Positions 16,636-25,518 of a DNA stretch of 32,664 nt are shown here, one piece after another (the stretch's first letter is position 1; each line of letters begins with the position of its first letter). Source of the stretch: an uncultured Thermodesulfobacteriota bacterium (GTDB lineage: Bacteria; Desulfobacterota; WTBG01; CAIYCZ01; CAIRTM01); contig CAYNVA010000244.1 of NCBI GenBank assembly GCA_964400575.1, positions 1 to 32,664 on the forward strand, given 5' to 3'. The position numbers were made by a program, and so were the translations under genes. The notes under the pieces are model-generated. The model was given only the letters and a program-made list of their open reading frames with translations, searched no databases and had not been told where the DNA came from.

Positions 16636-18036
16636 ATGCCAAAACGACTTTTTCGCCGCAAGTTTTCGCATCTGATCCTTGAAGATTTAGACATGGAGGC
16701 GCACCGGCTTCATCGGTCGCTTAATGCCTTCGACCTGACCGTGCTTGGCGTTGGCGCCATCATCGGCGTTGGCATCTTTGTGCTTACCGGAACAGCGGCA
16801 GCAAAATATGCCGGCCCCGGCATTATGCTTTCGCTTGTTATTTCGGGCTGTGCGTGTTTCTTTACAGCCCTGTGTTACGCGGAGTTTGCATCGCTTATGC
16901 CGGTTGCAGGCAGCGCCTACAATTATGCTTATGCTACTCTTGGTGAGATGATCGCATGGATCATCGGCTGGGATCTCATACTGGAATACATTGTAGCCTG
17001 CATAGCCATCTCCATTGGTTGGTCAGGTTATTTTGTAAATATTATGGGAAGCATGGGCTTACAGGTGCCTGCATGGTGCGCAAGCGCTCCAGGCACTGTG
17101 CCTGAGGCGATCATAAATCTGCCCGCTATACTTGTGGTGCTTTTCCTGACTGCGTTGCTTATACTGGGCATCAAGGAGAGCGTACGTTTTACGACCCTTC
17201 TGGTTTTCATTAAGGTACTCACGGTGCTTGTTTTTGTGTCAGTGGGCATGTTCAACGTTACGACCGCAAACTGGCAGCCCTTTTTGCCCTTCGGCTTTTA
17301 TGGAGTCATGACGGGTGCGGCTATTATCTTTTTTGCCTACATAGGTTTTGACGCACTATCAACAGTCGCCGAGGAGACCAAGGACCCGCAGCGCAACCTG
17401 CCTATCGGCATCCTCGTGTCGCTCTTAATCTGTACAGTGCTCTATATTCTTGTGGCGGGGATTCTCACGGGCATGGTTCCCTACAAGGAATTGAATCATC
17501 CTGCACCCGTTGCCCATGCGTTGAACTTGGTGGGATTTAAATGGGGCTCGGCGCTGGTTTCGGCTGGTGCACTTGCAGGCATTACCAGCGTGCTTCTGGT
17601 CATGCTTATAGGGCAGCCGCGCATCTTCTTTGCCATGTCGCGCGATGGTCTGCTCTGGCCCTGGATTGCCAAGGTGCATCCGCGGTTCCGGACGCCCTAT
17701 GTTGCCCAGATTTTGACCGGCACGGTAGTGGCACTTTTTGCCGGGTTTCTTGATATCGGCACCGCAGCGGAACTTTGCAATATCGGGACTTTGTTTGCCT
17801 TTTGTATCGTCTGCGGCGGTGTTGTGGTGCTTCGTCAGACTCATCCGGAGATGAAGCGCAGTTTTCGCTGCCCGCTCGTGCCGTTGATCCCGCTTCTTGG
17901 CATCTGTTTCTGTTCAGGCCTCATGCTGTCTTTGCCACGGCTTACCTGGATACGGTTTGCCGTATGGCTCATTGCAGGCCTTGCTGTCTATTTTTTCTAC
18001 GGCATTCGCCATAGCCGTATGGCGCTCACGCGGTAA
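16636..18036 (+). CDS. APC-superfamily amino acid permease (cationic amino acid transporter-like)
   Basis: About 12 TM helices with FDLTVLGVGAIIGVGIFVLTG, AGPGIMLSLVISG, YAEFASLMPVAGSAYNYAY, FAYIGFDALSTVAEETKDPQRNLP. I prefer the ATG at 16636 over the TTG at 16579 in the ORF track. Confidence 0.9.
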   Translation: MPKRLFRRKFSHLILEDLDMEAHRLHRSLNAFDLTVLGVGAIIGVGIFVLTGTAAAKYAGPGIMLSLVISGCACFFTALCYAEFASLMPVAGSAYNYAYATLGEMIAWIIGWDLILEYIVACIAISIGWSGYFVNIMGSMGLQVPAWCASAPGTVPEAIINLPAILVVLFLTALLILGIKESVRFTTLLVFIKVLTVLVFVSVGMFNVTTANWQPFLPFGFYGVMTGAAIIFFAYIGFDALSTVAEETKDPQRNLPIGILVSLLICTVLYILVAGILTGMVPYKELNHPAPVAHALNLVGFKWGSALVSAGALAGITSVLLVMLIGQPRIFFAMSRDGLLWPWIAKVHPRFRTPYVAQILTGTVVALFAGFLDIGTAAELCNIGTLFAFCIVCGGVVVLRQTHPEMKRSFRCPLVPLIPLLGICFCSGLMLSLPRLTWIRFAVWLIAGLAVYFFYGIRHSRMALTR

Positions 18037-18106
18037 GTGTTTCAGCATATTAGACGATTCCGGCGAACCTGTTTTTAAGGGAGATCTTCAAAGCACTTTT
18101 AACTCC

Positions 18107-18163
18107 GCTGCTGACTGTGCAGGCTTATGCCTGCCTGCAGCCAGCAGCACGCGGTTTCTTTTC
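18107..18163 (+). terminator. Rho-independent terminator after the permease
   Basis: Long imperfect hairpin gctgctgactgtgcagg...cctgcagccagcagc, followed after 6 nt by tttcttttc. Confidence 0.55.
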
Positions 18164-18246
18164 AGTTGATTGTGAGCGTCGCGTTTTATGAGACGCCTTT
18201 TGTGCTTGCCTAACCCGGGTATTTACACTATACTTCTCTAATTTAA

Positions 18247-18275
18247 TTGATATACTTTCATCGTTTTTCTATATA
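18247..18275 (+). promoter_or_regulatory. Candidate sigma-70 promoter placed to give a leaderless or near-leaderless kdsB mRNA
   Basis: TTGATA (18247-18252), an exactly 17-nt spacer, then TATATA (18270-18275). The kdsB ATG starts 7 nt downstream (18283) and has no SD. Confidence 0.35.
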
Positions 18276-18282
18276 GATAGCC

Positions 18283-19023
18283 ATGCAGATTGCAGCTGTT
18301 ATACCAGCGCGTTACGCTTCTAAGCGGTTTCCAGGCAAACCACTTGCCAGTATTTGCGGCAAACCCATGATTCAGCGGGTGTATGAAAATGCCCGGCAAT
18401 GCACGCTGCTGAATCGCGTGGTGGTGGCAACCGACAGCGATGAGATAGCACGAGTGGTACGAGAGTTTGGCGGCGAGATATGCATGACTTCGGCCAGGCA
18501 TGAAACCGGCACCGACCGTATTGCGGAAGCTGCACAACAGCTTGATGCCGATTTCATCGTTAATATACAGGGTGATGAACCTTTGCTGCAGCCGCAGGCT
18601 ATCGAGCTGGCGGTGCGCCCATTGTTGATCAATGAACGTATCTCCATGGGGACTTTAAAAGTACGAATCAAATCCGATCAGGATATGGAAAATCCCAATA
18701 TTGTCAAGGTCGTGACAGATACCCGCGGGTGCGCGCTTTATTTTTCTCGCTGCGCCATACCGTTTTTTCGCAACAGGCCCACAGACAATGTCATGTATCG
18801 TCATATCGGACTGTATGTGTATCGCAGGGATTTTCTTCTTCAATTGACCCTGTTGCCGCAATCTCCGCTTGAGAAGACTGAAAGCCTGGAGCAGCTGCGG
18901 GCTCTTGAATATGGCTTTACCATACATGTTGCCGAGACTGACTATGAACCCATCGGGGTTGACGTGCCGGAGGACATCGTAAGGGTAGAGCATGCATTGC
19001 GCCAGCTGGGGACGGCTGCATGA
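18283..19023 (+). CDS. kdsB: 3-deoxy-manno-octulosonate cytidylyltransferase (CMP-Kdo synthetase)
   Basis: 246 aa with VIPARYASKRFPGKPL, GKPMIQRVYE, VVVATD, HETGTDRIAE and VNIQGDEPLL. Confidence 0.95.
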   Translation: MQIAAVIPARYASKRFPGKPLASICGKPMIQRVYENARQCTLLNRVVVATDSDEIARVVREFGGEICMTSARHETGTDRIAEAAQQLDADFIVNIQGDEPLLQPQAIELAVRPLLINERISMGTLKVRIKSDQDMENPNIVKVVTDTRGCALYFSRCAIPFFRNRPTDNVMYRHIGLYVYRRDFLLQLTLLPQSPLEKTESLEQLRALEYGFTIHVAETDYEPIGVDVPEDIVRVEHALRQLGTAA

Positions 19024-19063
19024 TACGGAGTATGGATATGAGCAGTTTTTGTAAGGACGTGCA

Positions 19064-19888
19064 ATGACTACAAGGGAAATTCAGGCAGGCACTGTCAGCA
19101 TGGGCGGGGGGCATCCTCTGGTACTCATTGCCGGCCCGTGCGTCATTGAAGGTGAGCGCGAGACACGTGCAGCTGCCGCACGACTCAGGGAAATTACACG
19201 TGCCTCGGGCATACCCTTTATTTTCAAAGCCTCCTACGATAAAGCCAACCGCACTTCGCTCTGTTCCTATCGCGGTCCTGGTCTGAAGGCTGGTTTGGAT
19301 ATTCTGAAGGCTATAAAAAATGAATTCAGCCTGCCGGTGCTTTCCGATGTTCACCGGTTCGAGGAAATAGGCCCCGCAGCTGAAGTTCTTGATGTTCTTC
19401 AGGTTCCGGCGCTTTTATGCCGTCAGACCGACTTTATTATTGAGGTGGCCCGCGCGGGTAAAACAGTCAATATTAAAAAGGGGCAGTTTCTGGCACCATA
19501 TGATATAATGCCTGTACTTGACAAGGCGGCATCAACTGGTAACCAGAACATTATGGTAACTGAACGGGGATCATGCTTCGGCTATAATAATCTTGTGGTC
19601 GACATGCGAGGCCTGGCTATTATGCGCACTATGGGTTATCCTGTAGTTTTTGATGCCACGCATAGTGTTCAGTTGCCCGGCGGGCAGGGGACTGCTTCAG
19701 GCGGAGACCGGCAGTTTGTTGCGCCACTGGCCCGTGCGGCGGTTGCAGCAGGCGTAGACGCACTGTTTCTGGAAGTGCATGAGAATCCCGATATCGCACT
19801 CTGTGACGGGCCAAACTCCGTTTTGATGACTGATCTGCCAGAGCTGCTCAGGCAGATTTTGAATATCGATAAAGCAGGGAAGAGGTAA
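19064..19888 (+). CDS. kdsA: 2-dehydro-3-deoxyphosphooctonate aldolase (Kdo-8-P synthase)
   Basis: 274 aa with IAGPCVIE, FKASYDKANRTS, LQVPALLCRQTD, NIKKGQF, VTERG and VFDATHSVQLPGG. Confidence 0.95.
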   Translation: MTTREIQAGTVSMGGGHPLVLIAGPCVIEGERETRAAAARLREITRASGIPFIFKASYDKANRTSLCSYRGPGLKAGLDILKAIKNEFSLPVLSDVHRFEEIGPAAEVLDVLQVPALLCRQTDFIIEVARAGKTVNIKKGQFLAPYDIMPVLDKAASTGNQNIMVTERGSCFGYNNLVVDMRGLAIMRTMGYPVVFDATHSVQLPGGQGTASGGDRQFVAPLARAAVAAGVDALFLEVHENPDIALCDGPNSVLMTDLPELLRQILNIDKAGKR

Positions 19889-19891
19889 CCG

Positions 19892-20854
19892 GTGCTGGAT
19901 CGGGCAAAGAAAGTATTTGCAATAGAAGCCGAGTCGATACTGAAACTGCAGGACAGGCTTGATGAAAATTTCGTCAAAGCTGTCAATATGCTGCTTGCCT
20001 GCAATGGCAAGGTGATTGTAATGGGTATCGGAAAATCGGGCATCATCGGCCGGAAAATAGCCTCTACGCTTGCCTGCTCGGGAACGCCCGCTTTTTTTCT
20101 TCATCCTGCCGAGGGTATTCATGGAGATATCGGCATGATGGCCCAGGATGATGTTGTGATTGCCATATCCAACAGCGGTGAGACTGATGAAGTGCTCAAG
20201 GTGCTGCCCGTGGTGAAGCGCATGGGGCTTCCCCTTATTGTGCTTACGGGCAATAGCGAATCAGTACTTGCACGAAACGGCGACATCGTTCTGGATATCG
20301 GGGTAAAGGAGGAAGCCTGCATTTTAAACCTCGTGCCCACTGCGTCAACTGCCGCGGCCATGGCTATGGGCGATGCGCTTGCCATTTCAGTGCTTGAGCG
20401 CCGCGGATTCAAGGAAGAAGATTTTGCCATGCTGCATCCGGGCGGTGCGCTCGGAAAGAAGCTGCTTTTGCGTGTTGAAGACCTTATGCATGTCAAGGAC
20501 GCTGTTCCGATGGTGTCGCAGGACGATTCGATGAAAATTGCGCTTCTTGAGATGACCTCAAAACGGCTTGGCATAACAGGCGTGTGCGACAGAGATGAGA
20601 ATTTTGTTGGCGTCATAACTGATGGTGATTTGCGCCGGGCACTTGAAAAACGCAGCGATATTCTTTCAAGGAATGCACAGGATGTGATGACCCTGAATCC
20701 TAAAACCATTACAAAAACAGCCCTGGCAGCCTCTGCGCTTCGGGTGATGGAGCGGCATTCGATAACGTCGCTTTTTGTGCTTTCCGAGTCAGCGCCGAAA
20801 AAGGTTGAAGGTCTTATACACCTTCATGATATACTGAAGGCCGGTGTTGTGTGA
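19892..20854 (+). CDS. kdsD: Arabinose-5-phosphate isomerase (SIS domain plus tandem CBS), GTG start
   Basis: 320 aa with GKVIVMGIGKSGIIGRKIASTLACSGTPAFFLHPAEGIHGDIGM, ISNSGETDE and LHPGGALGKKLL, then two CBS-like repeats. Confidence 0.93.
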   Translation: MLDRAKKVFAIEAESILKLQDRLDENFVKAVNMLLACNGKVIVMGIGKSGIIGRKIASTLACSGTPAFFLHPAEGIHGDIGMMAQDDVVIAISNSGETDEVLKVLPVVKRMGLPLIVLTGNSESVLARNGDIVLDIGVKEEACILNLVPTASTAAAMAMGDALAISVLERRGFKEEDFAMLHPGGALGKKLLLRVEDLMHVKDAVPMVSQDDSMKIALLEMTSKRLGITGVCDRDENFVGVITDGDLRRALEKRSDILSRNAQDVMTLNPKTITKTALAASALRVMERHSITSLFVLSESAPKKVEGLIHLHDILKAGVV

Positions 20855-20873
20855 ACCCGTGGGCCATGTACCG

Positions 20874-21392
20874 ATGGATATTACGCAAAAGGCACAGAAC
20901 ATAAAGCTGCTCATACTTGATGTCGACGGCGTCATGACCGATGGCAAGGTCGTCTATACTGACAGTGGCGAAGAGTTGAAGTTTTTCGACAGCCGAGATG
21001 GCCACGGCATCAAGATGCTCATGCGCACCGGTATAGGCGTTGCTATAATTACCGGGAGGATTTCAAAGGCTGTGGAGCACAGGGCAGCAAATCTGGGTAT
21101 TGCCATGGTCTATCAAAATGCGTTGAACAAGATCGAAGCGTACGAGGAAATCGCGGCCTCAAAAAGCCTTGCCGATCAGGATATCTGTGCCGTCGGCGAT
21201 GATTTGCCCGATATCCCTCTTTTGCGTCGTGCAGGGCTTGCGGTAGCCGTTCCGGATGCTGTAGAGGAGGTGCTGGCGTCGGCGCATTATACTACCCGGC
21301 ATGCCGGTGGAGATGGCGCTGTTCGTGAAATATGTGATCTGATCATGAAAGCCCAGCGCACATGGCAGACTGTAACATCTCGTTATTACTGA
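20874..21392 (+). CDS. kdsC: Kdo-8-phosphate phosphatase (HAD-IIIA, YrbI family)
   Basis: IKLLILDVDGVMTDGKVVYTDSGEELKFFDSRDGHGIKML, ITGR and VGDDLPDIPLL. I prefer the ATG at 20874; the ORF-track start at 20844 overlaps kdsD. Confidence 0.9.
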   Translation: MDITQKAQNIKLLILDVDGVMTDGKVVYTDSGEELKFFDSRDGHGIKMLMRTGIGVAIITGRISKAVEHRAANLGIAMVYQNALNKIEAYEEIAASKSLADQDICAVGDDLPDIPLLRRAGLAVAVPDAVEEVLASAHYTTRHAGGDGAVREICDLIMKAQRTWQTVTSRYY

Positions 21393-21457
21393 TGTTTATT
21401 CATTGACTCTAAACGGTCAGGGCCGCATCATGCCGTACAATATGTTGTGGGACTAAC

Positions 21458-22027
21458 ATGGAAACCATTAAAAGAATACGCCTGATACTTTTGTTTGTTG
21501 CCGCAGTAGCGGTTTCAGTCGTCGTCGGTATGGCTATCGGAAATAAGAAACAGCAAATCGTTATTAAAACCGACATCCCTCAGGCAGTAAAGAACGGTCC
21601 GAGTGTCGAGATGAAAAATGTTGCATACTCAACCACAAATAATGATAATTTTAAAGAGTGGGATTTGGATGCTGAATCCGCCCAGTACTTACAAGGCGAA
21701 AAGCGTGTTATTCTTGGAAATCTTTTAGTCAGCGTCTACCGTCCCAACGGGAAGGTGTACAAAATACGAGGCCAGCATGGTGAATTTAACACGGAATCTC
21801 GAGATATAAAGATGCGCGGCGCTATATGGGGCGTCATGCCCGACAATACAACTATCCAGACCGAGTCAGTTGATTATGATCATGCTAAACGACTTATAAC
21901 GACGCAGGACAAGATTTTTATCGGGCGCAACAGCAAGTTTGCCTTGGAAGGAAAAGGCATGATAATAGATCTGGCAAAGGAAAAAATGACAATTTTGAGC
22001 AATGTAAAAGCGCTGGGGAGCAAATGA
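21458..22027 (+). CDS. lptC: LPS export system protein LptC
   Basis: 189 aa with an N-terminal TM anchor and a beta-rich periplasmic domain. It occupies the canonical position between kdsC and lptA, and its stop overlaps the next start (ATGA). Confidence 0.8.
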   Translation: METIKRIRLILLFVAAVAVSVVVGMAIGNKKQQIVIKTDIPQAVKNGPSVEMKNVAYSTTNNDNFKEWDLDAESAQYLQGEKRVILGNLLVSVYRPNGKVYKIRGQHGEFNTESRDIKMRGAIWGVMPDNTTIQTESVDYDHAKRLITTQDKIFIGRNSKFALEGKGMIIDLAKEKMTILSNVKALGSK

Positions 22028-23271
22028 AAAAAAATATCTTTTTTAGCATTGTACTGGTTGCACTGCTCGTGCCTTTTGCGGCGCGTGCGGAGCAGGATAT
22101 AGCGGTGAGCGCAGCTGTGCTGCCGTTTGAATCTTTCAGCGGGGAGCAGAAAACATCGCTCGGGCGCGATGTTGCAGTGAGGCTCCTGCAGCAGCTTTCC
22201 GCAAACCCGCTGATTGTGACCCCGGAAATTCAGGCTATGAAAGCAGTCTTTGCAAAGGATGATTCTGCGACACCCAGCGAGGATAGGCTCCGGGAGGTGG
22301 CCAAGCAGCTGAATGTAAATTTTTTGCTGTTTGGAAGCGTCACAACAGTGAAGGATGCAGTCAGCATTGATGCCAAGGTGTTTTATAATTTCCCCGGGGA
22401 CAACTACTTTAAGACCTATGCCGAAGGGCCTGAGCTGGAGAAGGCGGTCGATGAGCTTGCCCGCAAAATCGAGCAGGAACTGCTTGACAAGGCATCACTG
22501 ATCCCCGCAGCACAGAGACCCGCAGTAAAGATAAAAAAGAAAGTTGTTTCTCCGGCTGGCGAGCCGGGTGCGGCAGAATATGAGAAGGCGGTCAACCGCG
22601 AACTGGCTGATGAGCAAGAGCTGGAGGATGCTGAAGTAAGGCATGTGGATGCTGCAAAATCTCAACTGGTTGACGATTTGGCAGAAGACAATGATTCAAA
22701 GCACTCTGTATCCAAAATGAATAAAAAGCCCACTGAGGAGCCAGAAGACCTTGATCAGCCAGCAGGGAAGTCACCGGCACTGAAGGATCGAAAGAAACAA
22801 GAAGACAGCGATAGAAAAAAAGATAGCCTGCCATTAAAGCTTGATCAGCCGGTGAATATCAGTTCAGATGCCCTGGAATACAGCAACAAGGACAACAGCG
22901 CCATTTTTCGGGGGAATGTGGTTGCACGGCAGGGCGATATGGTCATGTTTGCCGATCAGATGGAAGCCACATATGCCGGCAAGTCCGGGGAGAAGAATGA
23001 AAAGGGCGGTATCAAGGAATTGACCGCTACCGGCAATGTGAAAATTATACAGGGAGAACGAATCGCCACAGGGCAAAAAATCGTTTTCTACGGCGATGAA
23101 CAGAAAATCGTTGCAACAGGCAATCCACGCGTGTGGCAGGGCGACAACGTCATAGTTGGCAGTAAAATAACGGTCTATCTGAAGCAGGACCGGAGCATTG
23201 TCGAGGGCACCAATCAGGACCGGGTCAGTGCCACCATTTATCCCAAGGAAAAAAAAGGAAAAAAGAAGTAA
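22024..23271 (+). CDS. lptA: LptA/OstA-domain periplasmic protein with a roughly 270-aa N-terminal extension
   Basis: 415 aa. There is a signal peptide, and residues about 276-400 (nt 22849-23223) form the OstA/LptA beta-jellyroll (SDALEYSNKDNSAIFRGNVVARQGDMVMFADQME...ATGNVKIIQGERIATGQKIVFY...ATGNPRVWQGDNVIVGSKITVYL). Residues about 25-160 form an extra globular domain (VLPFESFSGE...FLLFGSVT), followed by a K/E/D-rich linker. Confidence 0.8.
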   Translation: MKKNIFFSIVLVALLVPFAARAEQDIAVSAAVLPFESFSGEQKTSLGRDVAVRLLQQLSANPLIVTPEIQAMKAVFAKDDSATPSEDRLREVAKQLNVNFLLFGSVTTVKDAVSIDAKVFYNFPGDNYFKTYAEGPELEKAVDELARKIEQELLDKASLIPAAQRPAVKIKKKVVSPAGEPGAAEYEKAVNRELADEQELEDAEVRHVDAAKSQLVDDLAEDNDSKHSVSKMNKKPTEEPEDLDQPAGKSPALKDRKKQEDSDRKKDSLPLKLDQPVNISSDALEYSNKDNSAIFRGNVVARQGDMVMFADQMEATYAGKSGEKNEKGGIKELTATGNVKIIQGERIATGQKIVFYGDEQKIVATGNPRVWQGDNVIVGSKITVYLKQDRSIVEGTNQDRVSATIYPKEKKGKKK

Positions 23272-23301
23272 AAAATTCTATACTGTACTGTAGTGCACGG
23301 G

Positions 23302-23318
23302 ACTGAAACTGTTTCAGT
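23302..23318. promoter_or_regulatory. Perfect 8+1+8 palindrome ACTGAAAC-T-GTTTCAGT upstream of lptB (candidate operator)
   Basis: Read directly from the sequence. It lies 28 nt upstream of the lptB ATG in the 74-nt lptA-lptB gap. A 1-nt loop makes an RNA hairpin unlikely, so a dimeric DNA-binding site is more plausible. Confidence 0.25.
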
Positions 23319-23345
23319 ATGCAGATTTTGACATGAAGGGTTTTG

Positions 23346-24068
23346 ATGAGTCAGCTCAGATCACATGGTCTTGTAAAAATATTCGGTAAAAAAAAGGCTG
23401 TTGACACTATCTCCATCGAGGTAAACAAGGGCGAGGTTGTGGGACTTCTGGGTCCCAACGGCGCTGGTAAAACAACAACTTTTTATATGCTTGTAGGAAT
23501 ATATAAGCCTGATGCAGGCAGGGTTTATTTTAACGCAGACGATATAACCGACTATCCGATGTATCTGCGGGCGCGCAAAGGCATTACCTATCTGCCCCAG
23601 GAAACTTCAATTTTCCGCAAGCTCACTGTTGAAGAAAACATTATGGCCGTCCTTGAAACTCTGCCCATAACGCGCGAGGAAATGCAGGAGCGTCTTGAGG
23701 AGAATTTGAGGGAACTCGGCATAGCCCACATTGCCAAGCGAAAAGCCTATCTGCTTTCCGGCGGTGAGAGACGCCGCGTTGAAATTACCCGGGCTCTTGT
23801 GACCTCGCCACAGTTCATTCTTTTCGATGAGCCGTTTACCGGCGTCGATCCGATAGCTGTTCAGGATATTCAAAATATTATACTGCGCCTGAGCGCTAAA
23901 GGTATCGGTGTGCTCATATCCGACCATAATGTGCGCGAAACCCTTAATATCTGCAAACGAGCCTATATTATATATGAAGGACGCGTTCTGGAAGAGGGCG
24001 AACCCGAGAAGATTGTTCAAAGCAGCAGCGCCCGGGCCATTTATCTGGGCGAAAAATTCAGCATGTGA
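23346..24068 (+). CDS. lptB: LPS export ABC transporter ATP-binding protein LptB
   Basis: GLLGPNGAGKTTTFYM (Walker A), YLPQE (Q-loop), LSGGERRRVEITRAL (signature), ILFDEPFTGVDP (Walker B) and SDHNVRETL (H-loop). Confidence 0.95.
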   Translation: MSQLRSHGLVKIFGKKKAVDTISIEVNKGEVVGLLGPNGAGKTTTFYMLVGIYKPDAGRVYFNADDITDYPMYLRARKGITYLPQETSIFRKLTVEENIMAVLETLPITREEMQERLEENLRELGIAHIAKRKAYLLSGGERRRVEITRALVTSPQFILFDEPFTGVDPIAVQDIQNIILRLSAKGIGVLISDHNVRETLNICKRAYIIYEGRVLEEGEPEKIVQSSSARAIYLGEKFSM

Positions 24069-24080
24069 TGGTTGTCTGGC

Positions 24081-25496
24081 ATGGAACTCAAGCAACAGCT
24101 CAAACTGACACAGCAGCTGATCATGACACCCCAGCTCCAGCAGGCGATCAAGCTTCTGCAGCTTTCCCGGCTTGAGCTTTCCGATTTGATTGCCCAGGAG
24201 ATTAATGAAAATCCCGTGCTTGATGAAACGCTGGCGCAGGAGCCTGAGACAAAAGACGACGGCGGAGACCAGATTGATGAGAAAGCACCAATTGAAGACC
24301 AGAAGACCGAGCCGTCTGATGATTTTGACTGGCGTGATTATGTTGACCGCTCGATTGCTCCCTCCGGCAGCGGCTATTTTGATGGAGGGGATCAAGAGGA
24401 CTATGCCCCTGCTATTACCAGGAAAACCTCATTTGCTGACCACCTGCTCTGGCAGCTGCATTTGCATGACCTCTGCGATCAGGAAATGGAGATTGGAGAG
24501 TACATCATCGGCAACCTCGACAAAGACGGGTATCTTCTTTTGGCGCCGGACGAGGTTGCCGCAGATCTCGGGGCTGACAAACAGCTGGTCGAGCAGGTGC
24601 GCCGTAAAATTATCAGATTTGATCCTGTAGGAGTGGCGTCACGCGACCTGGCGGAGTGTCTCATTGCTCAAGCGGAACTGCTGCCATGTAACAGCGAGCT
24701 TATACAACAGATACTGCTGCACTGCATGAAGGAGCTTGAAAGAAAGAAGTATCAGGTCATTGCGAGGGATTTAAAAATACCGCTCAAGGATATACAGGAA
24801 GCCTGTGAAATTATTGCCAATATGGAGCCGCGTCCGGGGCGGGCATTTAACGACAATGAAACGCAGTACGTCACTCCTGATATTTACGTCTACAAGTCCG
24901 GTGATGATTATGTCGTGATGCTCAACGAAGATGGTCAGCCAAAGCTCCGGATTAATTCATTTTACAAGAATATTCTTTCCGACAACAAGGTCAGTTCTGA
25001 AAAAACAAAGGAGTACATTCAGGATAAACTGCGTTCGGCGGTCTGGCTTATAAAAAGCGTGTATCATCGTCAGTCCACAATTATGAATGTCATGAAAAGC
25101 ATTATCAAGTTCCAGCGTGATTTTTTCGATCATGGAACAGGCCGTCTAAAGCCGCTCGTGCTGCGCGACGTTGCTGAAGATGTGGGGATGCACGAATCCA
25201 ATGTCAGCCGCATCACGACCAATAAATATGTGCTGACTCCGCACGGCATTTTTTTGCTGAAATATTTTTTCAACAGCGGCCTTCCTTCCGACGACGGGGA
25301 TTCGATCGCGTCGGAAAGCGTGAAGAACATGATTAAAGACCTTGTCCAGCAGGAGGATACGCTTAAGCCTTGCAGCGATCAGGAGATTGTGAGAATGTTA
25401 AAGGCCAAGGGCGTCAATATAGCCCGTCGGACGGTAACGAAGTATCGTGAGATGTTGGGGGTTCTTTCCTCGTCAAAGAGGAAAAAACATATTTAA
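24081..25496 (+). CDS. rpoN: RNA polymerase sigma-54 factor
   Basis: Region I is MELKQQLKLTQQLIMTPQLQQAIKLLQLS, followed by an acidic region II. The C-terminus has the HTH (VAEDVGMHESNVSRITTNKY) and the RpoN box ARRTVTKYRE. I prefer the ATG at 24081. Confidence 0.96.
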   Translation: MELKQQLKLTQQLIMTPQLQQAIKLLQLSRLELSDLIAQEINENPVLDETLAQEPETKDDGGDQIDEKAPIEDQKTEPSDDFDWRDYVDRSIAPSGSGYFDGGDQEDYAPAITRKTSFADHLLWQLHLHDLCDQEMEIGEYIIGNLDKDGYLLLAPDEVAADLGADKQLVEQVRRKIIRFDPVGVASRDLAECLIAQAELLPCNSELIQQILLHCMKELERKKYQVIARDLKIPLKDIQEACEIIANMEPRPGRAFNDNETQYVTPDIYVYKSGDDYVVMLNEDGQPKLRINSFYKNILSDNKVSSEKTKEYIQDKLRSAVWLIKSVYHRQSTIMNVMKSIIKFQRDFFDHGTGRLKPLVLRDVAEDVGMHESNVSRITTNKYVLTPHGIFLLKYFFNSGLPSDDGDSIASESVKNMIKDLVQQEDTLKPCSDQEIVRMLKAKGVNIARRTVTKYREMLGVLSSSKRKKHI

Positions 25497-25518
25497 CAAC
25501 CTTGAGAAAGGAGCCGCT

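Noticed and set aside
23280-23320. TACTGTACTGTAG ... CAGTA, reminiscent of an E. coli-type LexA box (TACTG-N10-CAGTA)
   Set aside because: The half-sites are about 30 nt apart, not 10. Deltaproteobacterial LexA motifs differ from the E. coli consensus, and lptB is not an expected SOS gene.
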